Shown in pieces: positions 7,989 to 15,088 of a stretch of DNA of 64,000 nucleotides. Each line of letters opens with the position of its first letter. Position 1 is the stretch's first letter. Made by a program: the position numbers and the translations under genes. Location: IMG/VR virus record IMGVR_UViG_3300023074_000001, positions 71,655 through 135,654 of that record; one strand, given 5' to 3'. This DNA comes from a virus. The notes under the pieces were generated by a model. The model saw only the letters and a list, made by a program, of their open reading frames with translations, was not told the DNA's origin and did no database searches.

Positions 7989-8333
7989 CTAATAACTATC
8001 ATTTTGCGCTAGAGCTACACCTCGATCTACACCTTCGGCATATGCCTTGTCCAATTCTGTTTCTAGTTCTGTTATTCTCTCTTCAAGGTCTTGGATTTGC
8101 TGATCGTATTCTTCTTCCATCTGCTCCTGCATAGAAGCCTCGCCATCTTCAACACCGAGTTGATAAGCAGTATCACGCTCATTATCGATTCTGTCAGAAT
8201 ACTGAGCAACAAGTACTTCTAGCTTTTCCAGCAGCCATTTACGATCAATACTTAATGGCTCTGACGGATTTTCATCTATCAGAGCCATAACGTCTTCTGC
8301 AAATTTATAAGCAGTATTATCTTGAGTAGTCAT
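7989..8333 (-). CDS. acidic coiled-coil protein (leaderless)
   Basis: Heptad pattern; TTGACA-17-TATGCT promoter 6 nt before the ATG. Confidence 0.7.
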   Translation of the reverse strand: MTTQDNTAYKFAEDVMALIDENPSEPLSIDRKWLLEKLEVLVAQYSDRIDNERDTAYQLGVEDGEASMQEQMEEEYDQQIQDLEERITELETELDKAYAEGVDRGVALAQNDSY

Positions 8334-8364
8334 CTAGCCAGCATAGTGTTCAATGGGGGCTATG

Positions 8365-9456
8365 TCAAGCCTGAAAAGATTTCATAGCGTCTAAACTCAT
8401 AGCAGCAGACGTAGGAGGTACTATTTGAGGCTGAGGTTCTACTATTGCTCCCGCAAATGCCTCACCAACAATGGAAAAAGCCATTTCTAGGCTCCTCATG
8501 GGGTCGTTAAGGGCTAACTTAGTCTGCAACTCCCACATAATCTTCATAGCCTTCAATAATTGCCCCAAATTAAGCTTACTAGCCAGCATTTGACGCTCAG
8601 CAAGAGCATTTCCTTCGTAACAGGAGGTAATTCCCGCCTTCAGCAGCATAATATCCTTGATAGTTTCGATGATTCTGTCTGCAATTTCATCAGAATTAAC
8701 GTAATAAGCAGTCTCTTCGAGCTTTTTCAAGGCCGAAATAGGGCCTCCTACGGCACTCAGCAACAATGTTGGCCCAAAATCAATATTCCCGTGAAGAAGG
8801 TTGTATTGCTCTACAGAAGTAATTTCTGCTAACCACACCTGCTCCAAAAGCATTAAACTCTCTCTAAATGAGCCCTCAGAGCGCTGGGCTATGAGATTAA
8901 CAAGAGAATCATCGATATTAATACCCTCTTGCTCGATAACATAGGTCAAACGGCTTTTCAAATCCTCTAATGAGGCTCTTTTGAAGAAATATCTATCGCA
9001 TCTATGCCTGATAGCAGGCTCAAGTGCCTGAGGTTCTGTCGTGCAAAGAATAATTATTACATTTTTAGGAGGAAACTCCAACAAATGCAACAAAGCATCA
9101 AATGCTTGGTCGCTGATGGAGTGTACCTCATCGATAATAACTACTTTATTTCCTGCTGAGGAGTAGTTGAGGTTCCTTTTCAACTCTCGAATAGCGTCTA
9201 CGGAGCCGTTGGAGGCTGCATCGATCTCGATGACTGCTGGATGCCTGCCTTCATGTACCTCCTGCGCGCCCTCAGAATTAATCTGAGAGGCTACGATGCG
9301 TGCCATGCTAGTCTTACCTACCCCCGATGGGCCGGTAAATAATAAAACCTGTGAGAGCTTGTCTTTAGCAATCATGGCAGACAGAATAGCGGCAGTAGCG
9401 TGCTGACCTACGACATCCTTAAACTCTTTTGGCCTGTACTTCAAGGCTAGTGTCAT
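8365..9456 (-). CDS. dnaX: DNA polymerase III gamma/tau-like clamp loader subunit
   Basis: LALKYRP..F.DVVGQ; GPSGVGKT; IEIDAAS; IIDEVH; LEFPP; CTTE. Confidence 0.92.
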   Translation of the reverse strand: MTLALKYRPKEFKDVVGQHATAAILSAMIAKDKLSQVLLFTGPSGVGKTSMARIVASQINSEGAQEVHEGRHPAVIEIDAASNGSVDAIRELKRNLNYSSAGNKVVIIDEVHSISDQAFDALLHLLEFPPKNVIIILCTTEPQALEPAIRHRCDRYFFKRASLEDLKSRLTYVIEQEGINIDDSLVNLIAQRSEGSFRESLMLLEQVWLAEITSVEQYNLLHGNIDFGPTLLLSAVGGPISALKKLEETAYYVNSDEIADRIIETIKDIMLLKAGITSCYEGNALAERQMLASKLNLGQLLKAMKIMWELQTKLALNDPMRSLEMAFSIVGEAFAGAIVEPQPQIVPPTSAAMSLDAMKSFQA

Positions 9457-9478
9457 TTAAATCTCCTAAAATGAAGAA

Positions 9479-9502
9479 AGCTCTACTCAATTGAGTAGAG
9501 CT
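9479..9502 (-). terminator. palindromic hairpin terminator
   Basis: AGCTCTACTCAATTGAGTAGAGCT followed by TTCTTC on the minus strand. Confidence 0.55.
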
Positions 9503-9506
9503 ACTA

Positions 9507-9656
9507 TCACTTCTGCTTGGTTTCAATATCCTTTGCAGATACCTTGCGATCCTTATTACCAGAATAACCATTGCCTGTCTGCGGGCCACCATGACGAGGA
9601 ATATGCCCATCCTTTGTCTTAGCGGTCTTCAACTGATCCTTGTGCTTACCAGCCAC
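9507..9656 (-). CDS. 49-aa basic microprotein (MAGKHKDQLK...)
   Basis: GTG with GAAAGG RBS; manually translated; ends just before the terminator. Confidence 0.5.
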   Translation of the reverse strand: MAGKHKDQLKTAKTKDGHIPRHGGPQTGNGYSGNKDRKVSAKDIETKQK

Positions 9657-9802
9657 TTAATTACCTTTCGTTGTACCGGCTACCTGGAGTGGTGTTATTT
9701 GTGTTTTTAGGCTCTGTAGCCTTACTTCCTTTGCTTTGCCTGGTAATTCCCCCAGGCAAACTAACTCCACAATAATTAGATTTCTTACGTTTAACGCCCA
9801 TG

Positions 9803-9913
9803 TTCCGCGACCAGGATTCGAACCTGTACCTCTAGATTATCAGTCTAGTATGCTAACCCATTAGGCTTACTTAAGGCTCCGGCGACCTCGTTTTCAGCTT
9901 ACATCATCGCGGA
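9803..9913 (-). tRNA. tRNA-Ile(GAT)-like gene with about 38 nt extra in the D-loop
   Basis: Acceptor TCCGCGA/TCGCGGA; anticodon arm CTAGA-CTGATAA-TCTAG; T-loop TTCGAAT; 111 nt total. Confidence 0.7.
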
Positions 9914-9920
9914 TAGAATT

Positions 9921-10162
9921 GCTAGCCATGGTGCCTTCCTGCTAGCTGTAGACCTTACAAGACCCGATCTCGTATGTCTACTGTCTGCGGCCAGACAACA
10001 GAGCGTCCTTAAAGACGGGTGTTATACATTCCATAATGTCGGGTAGTATGTTCAGGACTCATCCCTACCTGAACTGTGCGGGCCTCCTACTCGGCCTTCC
10101 GCTTCGGTGGACAGTTTAAAGTTTTATTGAAAGGTCGTCATGAACTGACAATTTATCGACCT
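9921..10162 (-). ncRNA. putative multi-hairpin structured RNA
   Basis: Successive stems AGGTCG/CGACCT, GTTCAGG/CCTGAAC, TGTCTG/CAGACA, GTAGAC/GTCTAC, GCTAGC/GCTAGC; no ORF in the track. Confidence 0.45.
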
Positions 10163-10164
10163 CG

Positions 10165-10244
10165 TGGAATCAGCGGAATTCGAACCCACATCTCCGGCAT
10201 TAAATCCGGCGTTTTATCCTTTTACACTTTTAAACTATGACCCC
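10165..10244 (-). tRNA. aberrant tRNA (enlarged D-loop, anticodon loop one nt short; possible TAA anticodon)
   Basis: GGGGTCA/TGATTCC acceptor; GTGGG-TTCGAAT-TCCGC T-arm; CCGG-ATTTAATG-CCGG anticodon arm. Confidence 0.55.
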
Positions 10245-10335
10245 AGGTACTAGTTTTATATGAATACACAACCTTTTAAGGGCATGTAACTCTGGACTTT
10301 ACGTGTATCTTCGTAAAACTAGCAAAAACGGAGCG

Positions 10336-10473
10336 TGCCAGGTAGAGGAATCGAACCCCATAGACCTTGCAAGGTCAGCGTACGTCATTACTTCGCGCGA
10401 ACTAGTAAGAGCGGTATGCAGCCTATGCACCTTGTAGGTTCTTGATACTCAAAAGTATCCCACCAGGCCCGGC
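10336..10473 (-). ncRNA. 138-nt tRNA-like RNA with branched anticodon domain
   Basis: GCCGGG/CCTGGC acceptor; GGGG-TTCGATT-CCTC T-arm; GACC-TTGCAA-GGTC arm; extra hairpins GATAC/GTATC, GTGCA/TGCAT, TTACT/AGTAA. Confidence 0.55.
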
Positions 10474-10485
10474 TAGATTTGTTAA

Positions 10486-10659
10486 TTAGTGCATGGTTTT
10501 TACATGATAGTAAAGGGCATCCTTGGCGGCCTTACGAGAGTTTTTATTGTAAGCCAAGTTAATCGTCAGGCCACATTGAGGGCATCTTGCAGCCCATCTT
10601 TTTTGCTTTCTTGTCCAATAATCAGAATAAGCTCGTTTAATAATAGTGCAGTCAGACAT
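10486..10659 (-). CDS. 57-aa C2H2-like zinc-finger microprotein
   Basis: Manual translation MSDCTIIK..RCPQCG..YHVKTMH; AAAGGA RBS. Confidence 0.6.
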   Translation of the reverse strand: MSDCTIIKRAYSDYWTRKQKRWAARCPQCGLTINLAYNKNSRKAAKDALYYHVKTMH

Positions 10660-10839
10660 AATGTTTCCTTTTTAGTTTAGTATCAGGCTCGTCACCTACC
10701 TGACATGGTTGCCCTCCTATTACCGCGCAACTTCTCTTCTCGCACCAAATGAACGCGATATCTCAGACGCATTCGGCTGTAGCCTTGTTCACTAATGCCT
10801 TATGAGGGCAGTCAAACATGGAGATATACTCGGCTTAAG

Positions 10840-10910
10840 CTGACCCACAAGGATTCGAACCTCGATAGACAGTGCCAAAAACTGTCGTCCTGCCGTTAGA
10901 CGATGGGTCA
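10840..10910 (-). tRNA. tRNA-Gln(TTG)
   Basis: Full cloverleaf: TGACCCA/TGGGTCA; ACAGT-TTTTGGC-ACTGT; TTCGAAT. Confidence 0.93.
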
Positions 10911-11113
10911 TCGTATTCTTAATCCCAGGTCGCATCTATTTTCATAGAATTACCTCTCATCATTTACACTCACACTGCTTCCAATGAAAGTTAGTGCCCA
11001 GACCTAAAGCAGGGCAACCCTTTTTATGCTTTAACTGATGAGTCCTAGCGGTACTCATGGGTCGTTTTGCTCCATCAGATTCTACTGCTGCTGGCCCCTT
11101 ACTCTTTTTCACG

Positions 11114-11185
11114 CTGCCTACCCAGGATTCGAACCTGGACTAAGAGAGTCAGAGTCTCTTGTGCTGCCAATTACACAAATAGGCA
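11114..11185 (-). tRNA. tRNA-Gln(CTG)
   Basis: TGCCTAT/GTAGGCA; AGAGA-CTCTGAC-TCTCT; CCAGG-TTCGAAT-CCTGG. Confidence 0.93.
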
Positions 11186-11273
11186 TTGCAGTTAATTTGT
11201 TTTTCAGAGATCCTGTTGGTTAAGGGGCGTGCCCGATTATCTCTGTCGGTTAAATTAACAAATATCCGAGGCG

Positions 11274-11346
11274 TGCCACAGATGGGATTCGAACCCACAA
11301 CAAACAGTTTAGGAAACTGCTACTCTATCCTTTGAGCTACTGCGGC
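11274..11346 (-). tRNA. tRNA-Arg(CCT)
   Basis: GCCGCAG/CTGTGGC; GCAGT-TTCCTAA-ACTGT; GTGGG-TTCGAAT-CCCAT. Confidence 0.93.
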
Positions 11347-11349
11347 AAG

Positions 11350-11433
11350 TGTGAGGGAACCTGAACAAGAAGGGTAATCTCAACCACATTCCGGCTGCCA
11401 TCCTAAGGTCAGCGAAGTCCTTGCTCCCTCACA
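11350..11433 (-). ncRNA. putative structured RNA at the 5' end of the tRNA transcript
   Basis: TGTGAGGGA/TCCCTCACA terminal stem starting about 6 nt after the -10; inner GAGCAAGGA/TTCTTGTTC. Confidence 0.5.
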
Positions 11434-11439
11434 TCAACT

Positions 11440-11468
11440 ACATTACATCATCTTGCTGCACTTGTCAA
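11440..11468 (-). promoter_or_regulatory. promoter for the tRNA/ncRNA cluster
   Basis: TTGACA-17-TAATGT on the minus strand. Confidence 0.75.
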
Positions 11469-12202
11469 CCTTGACGCACATGAGTTAACACTGTATCCCA
11501 GAAATCTTCAGGAGGTAGAGTATTATAAGGATTGTAGTCCTCACCCAGAGCGTCTGGCGTTAGGTAAATTAAACCAGCTCTACGCCTGCGTGTCAAGGCC
11601 AGGACATCATCTAGGTGAGTTACACCATACACTATATGCCAGAATCGACTTGAGGGATAGTTAATCTGCCATGGCGCAGGTGTATGACTTGCATAATCTG
11701 CTTCTGAGCCTTCAAAAGTAGAAATAGCATCACCAGCAAGCATATAAGATTCATCAGGAATGGTACCACAGTTCAAAATTACTGTATTTGCTCCTGATGA
11801 CCCATTGTTTAAATCACCGATCCTGTTACGCAAATCAACATAGAATGGCTGCTTACTCTTTTCTGAAGAGACCTCATCGAAGAAAATTCCATCTACTTTG
11901 TACCAGTTGATGTACTTAACTACTTCAGCCATAATAGCTGTCTTGGTTTTGTTCGTGTAAGAAGTAGTTACATAACCAACTATCTTAATGCCAGCCGCCT
12001 GAGCACGTTTGACTTGAGTAGCCCATTCAGCAGACTTTGTAGTTCCAGGGCTTGATGCAGGATTTAGCACAGCATATTTTACATAGGGTGCATCAGTTTG
12101 CATACGTTCCCATTCTGCATCTGGATTATTTTGCATCCAGGTAGCATAGAAATAGGCAGGAACTGCAATTCTTTGTACGGCATCACCGTATTCAGTCGTC
12201 AT
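11465..12202 (-). CDS. spherulin-4/Sph3-like glycoside hydrolase (GH135-like)
   Basis: VPAYFY; VLNPASSPG; GYV.T.Y; VDGIFFDE; ILNCGT; TFEG; HIVYGV motifs. Confidence 0.85.
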   Translation of the reverse strand: MTTEYGDAVQRIAVPAYFYATWMQNNPDAEWERMQTDAPYVKYAVLNPASSPGTTKSAEWATQVKRAQAAGIKIVGYVTTSYTNKTKTAIMAEVVKYINWYKVDGIFFDEVSSEKSKQPFYVDLRNRIGDLNNGSSGANTVILNCGTIPDESYMLAGDAISTFEGSEADYASHTPAPWQINYPSSRFWHIVYGVTHLDDVLALTRRRRAGLIYLTPDALGEDYNPYNTLPPEDFWDTVLTHVRQG

Positions 12203-12214
12203 GGTATCTCCACT

Positions 12215-13285
12215 TCAAATAAAGGGCGCAGCAGCATAAATAGTTTTCAGACCATCAAGACCTGCCTGCTTAGGGTTAAGTGTTCCCCAGCCATCGTTGG
12301 AATTAAAATAATTAAGCAACACAAACTTACCTGTAGTTGATTCCCTATTAATTCTTTGGATTGCTGCTGGAACTGTTTTAATCCACGTAGCCTGGTCATT
12401 GAGGCTCATGGGAGTACCCCATTCTGCCACAATGATGCCCTTAGATTTAGCTATAGGCCCAAGATCCTGGTCTATCCACACCTTAGCTCTGTTAAAAATC
12501 TCATAAGCTGTATGGCTAGCAACTCTACGGTAACAATTGAATTGCATATAACCAAGTTTAGCCACCAGCGCCTCAGGATGAATTCTTTTATAGGCTGCCC
12601 TGTTGATGCCATTAGCGTTATAGCCTGCCATACCCACTGTGAAAGTGATATTAGCAGGAATGCCATAGTTCCTAAAGTAGTCAATCATATAATGAGCTGC
12701 ATCTACAGCTCTATAGTCTGACTGCTCCCACGTATAGTTAACTCCAGCTTCGCTAGTACCTGATTCATGATCTGTATCAAATTCAGAAGCTATTTGCACA
12801 TTTACTTTACCAGATAACGTTTTCAACTGTGCGGCTGCGCGATGAAGTAATCCATCTAGCTGTCCTGCTAGCATTTGACCATACCCATAAGCCTTAGGAG
12901 AACCTAATTGCTTTTGAATAATCATTGCTGGTGCAGGAACGGTATAGGTTCTGCCCTCTACGGTAAAAGTCTGTGCATTCTGATTAGCTGCCCCGTAATG
13001 CTTAAGCTCTAACACATAGTTACCCAGCATACCACGATTAGCAGTAAAATCTTTTAAGTAATCTTTACCGTAACCAGGAAATGTATTACCGTCAGCAAGC
13101 GAGCGATACTGAGTAAATCCTTTTAGATTCATTGCCTGATTGATAGTATCAGCTCTCATGTCTCCGTTACCAGAAACATAATAGCCTCCACCTACTACAA
13201 CTTCAGGTGTCTGTTCAACAATTTCTACACTCTTAGTTGCCGCATTACCAGCTTTGTCTTTTACAGTAACATTTACTGTCAGCAT
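12215..13285 (-). CDS. putative glycoside hydrolase (GH26-like TIM barrel) with short Ig-like N-terminus
   Basis: G.LDG.L; SEFD; IVAEWG; NYFN motifs. Confidence 0.55.
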   Translation of the reverse strand: MLTVNVTVKDKAGNAATKSVEIVEQTPEVVVGGGYYVSGNGDMRADTINQAMNLKGFTQYRSLADGNTFPGYGKDYLKDFTANRGMLGNYVLELKHYGAANQNAQTFTVEGRTYTVPAPAMIIQKQLGSPKAYGYGQMLAGQLDGLLHRAAAQLKTLSGKVNVQIASEFDTDHESGTSEAGVNYTWEQSDYRAVDAAHYMIDYFRNYGIPANITFTVGMAGYNANGINRAAYKRIHPEALVAKLGYMQFNCYRRVASHTAYEIFNRAKVWIDQDLGPIAKSKGIIVAEWGTPMSLNDQATWIKTVPAAIQRINRESTTGKFVLLNYFNSNDGWGTLNPKQAGLDGLKTIYAAAPFI

Positions 13286-13294
13286 TTAATCACC

Positions 13295-13570
13295 TCACAC
13301 AACAAAGAAGTGATTTGGCATTGCTGGGTCTTGAGTTACTGTAGCGCCAGATGCAGTAGCAGTATAAGTTAGTGGATCGCTTTGAACAATTTCAACAGTT
13401 TGAGGAGCTGATGTGTTTCCACCAGTATCCTTTACTGTTAAAGTAACAGTTACAGTAACGCTATCAGCGTCTACCGCATCGATAAAGAGTTCTGCTGCTT
13501 CACCTGGAAGTTTGTAACCCTTATTGCCTGCGTACTTAACTGTTACTCCGCGAATAATTGGGTTTGCCAT
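13295..13570 (-). CDS. small beta-rich (Ig-like) protein
   Basis: VTLTVKDTGGNT..VEIVQ is similar to the N-terminus of the next gene; GAGGA RBS; CCGAT motif upstream. Confidence 0.65.
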   Translation of the reverse strand: MANPIIRGVTVKYAGNKGYKLPGEAAELFIDAVDADSVTVTVTLTVKDTGGNTSAPQTVEIVQSDPLTYTATASGATVTQDPAMPNHFFVV

Positions 13571-13631
13571 GAAAAAATCCTCTCTAGAAAATACCTTCAA
13601 CTTGTTGTATCGGGTACCTCCAGAGAGGATT

Positions 13632-14015
13632 TCAGTACATTTCCCACAAAGCGGAATGACGATTTTGATAACTTTTTACATCGTAATCTTCCATGTCTTC
13701 AGGATCGAGCTTAAGCATATCCTGACGAGCCTTACGCCATTTTGCTCGATTCGCTCCCTCCATAAGATTACGAATTTCTTTTCCGCGAGGAGGACGAGCA
13801 TAAAAACCATTATTCCAGCCATAGTAACTTACGTCATAAGCACAGGAGCCTCTACGCTGCCAGTAGAAGATGTTAGGCTTTTCAACATCATCAATATCAC
13901 AGATGATGTAGCCGTCTTCATCTTTTTTGGTGTGATCGTGGTATTCTTTAATTTCAGGAGAATCCTTACGCAAGGCTTTTACCCAGCTAGGATCTGTCTT
14001 ATCAGTTTTACTCAT
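13632..14015 (-). CDS. hypothetical protein
   Basis: Open frame with GAAAGGA RBS; MSKTDKT.P.WV N-terminus. Confidence 0.7.
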   Translation of the reverse strand: MSKTDKTDPSWVKALRKDSPEIKEYHDHTKKDEDGYIICDIDDVEKPNIFYWQRRGSCAYDVSYYGWNNGFYARPPRGKEIRNLMEGANRAKWRKARQDMLKLDPEDMEDYDVKSYQNRHSALWEMY

Positions 14016-14088
14016 GAGTTCCTTTCATATGCAGTACTTCTGCACCTAAAGTATTCTCATGGCTACCTCCTTGAATATATGCTAATTG

Positions 14089-14161
14089 AGCCCTACGAAG
14101 GAATCGAACCCTCATCTACTCCGTACGAAGGAGTTATTCTGTACCGTTAAAATAGTAGGGC
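14089..14161 (-). tRNA. tRNA-Thr(CGT)
   Basis: GCCCTAC/GTAGGGC; ACTCC-TTCGTAC-GGAGT; GAGGG-TTCGATT-CCTTC. Confidence 0.88.
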
Positions 14162-14371
14162 TTGTGCGTGCTCGGCTGCGTTGGGTCCTTGCCAGCTAAA
14201 AAGGTTTTCCACTTCAAGACCGCGAATCTTGAGAGTACCTTACCGCGTGGTTGTATGATCTCTCGACAACTCCTCTGTCCCATCTGTCGAGAATGCGAAA
14301 AGTATTTAACAAAGGGTATACTTTTCACTACTACTCTATCTGATCCTCATACGACTTAGACCAACAATGCG

Positions 14372-14446
14372 AGCCTCCAGTAGGATTCGAACCCACGGCC
14401 TGCGCATTACAAGTGCGCCGCTCTGACCAAACTGAGCTATGGAGGC
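14372..14446 (-). tRNA. tRNA-Thr(TGT)
   Basis: GCCTCCA/TGGAGGC; GCGCA-CTTGTAA-TGCGC; TTCGAAT. Confidence 0.95.
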
Positions 14447-14475
14447 TGGTAGCCCACCGAAGTGAGCTTGGTTTA

Positions 14476-14604
14476 TTACTTCTTCTTTTTCTTGTCCTCA
14501 TACACACCACGAGCTGCGTCACCAGCAAGAATAGCTCCACCTACGGCGGCGGCACCCTTCAGGCCAGTCTTGATAGCTTCACGACGAGTAGTTTCCTTTG
14601 CCAC
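14476..14604 (-). CDS. 42-aa peptide resembling a twin-arginine signal peptide
   Basis: MAKETTRREAIKTGLKGAAAVGGAILAGDAARGVYEDKKKKK; TAGGAG RBS; TTGCAA-17-TAGAGT promoter upstream. Confidence 0.6.
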   Translation of the reverse strand: MAKETTRREAIKTGLKGAAAVGGAILAGDAARGVYEDKKKKK

Positions 14605-14638
14605 GTTTTACTCCTAATTAGTTTGTCTTGCTGACAAG

Positions 14639-15067
14639 TTATACTCTAGCACGCCAGACTTGGCGTTGCAAGTTACGTTCCTTACGTTGTTGCTGCGCTA
14701 CGTACAGCGGAAGCCTACCATGGTTCTTGGTGTTGTGTACATAGTTGTAAACTGGTTTATTCCACTTGATAACTATCTCTTCGAGAAGATCGAGCCAGAA
14801 ATCAGGAAGCTTGACTTTACAGACAACTCTAATTTCAGGAGAAAGATCAGACCACGGCTGAGCCTTACCTACCTTACCACGGTAGCCCGCTCCCATGTGC
14901 TGATTATACCGAGCAATCAGCTCCTGTCTAGTCTGTCCTGCATAACCCCACCAGATACGATGACCTGTGTACGGGTACTCTAACATAGAAAAAGCATAGA
15001 TGAAACCTGGCCTGAAAATAATATACCTATACAGCCAGTTTCTTAATTTCTTAGGTAAATGTTTCAT
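14639..15067 (-). CDS. GIY-YIG-like nuclease domain protein
   Basis: GFIY..GYAGQT..L..R..QH..E..I...P.YN. Confidence 0.6.
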   Translation of the reverse strand: MKHLPKKLRNWLYRYIIFRPGFIYAFSMLEYPYTGHRIWWGYAGQTRQELIARYNQHMGAGYRGKVGKAQPWSDLSPEIRVVCKVKLPDFWLDLLEEIVIKWNKPVYNYVHNTKNHGRLPLYVAQQQRKERNLQRQVWRARV

Positions 15068-15088
15068 CTATGCTTTCTCGTTATCGTC

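Noticed and set aside
9921-10473. tmRNA
   Set aside because: No pairing of tmRNA-type ends across about 350 nt and no recognisable tag ORF by eye; an ARAGORN run would settle it
11035-11080. CTGATGAG resembling a hammerhead ribozyme core
   Set aside because: No GAAA after the stem; it pairs with downstream CATCAG/CTCAT as an ordinary helix, and it lies on the strand opposite the tRNAs
13524-14150. 208-aa plus-strand ORF
   Set aside because: Antisense to a credible gene and a tRNA
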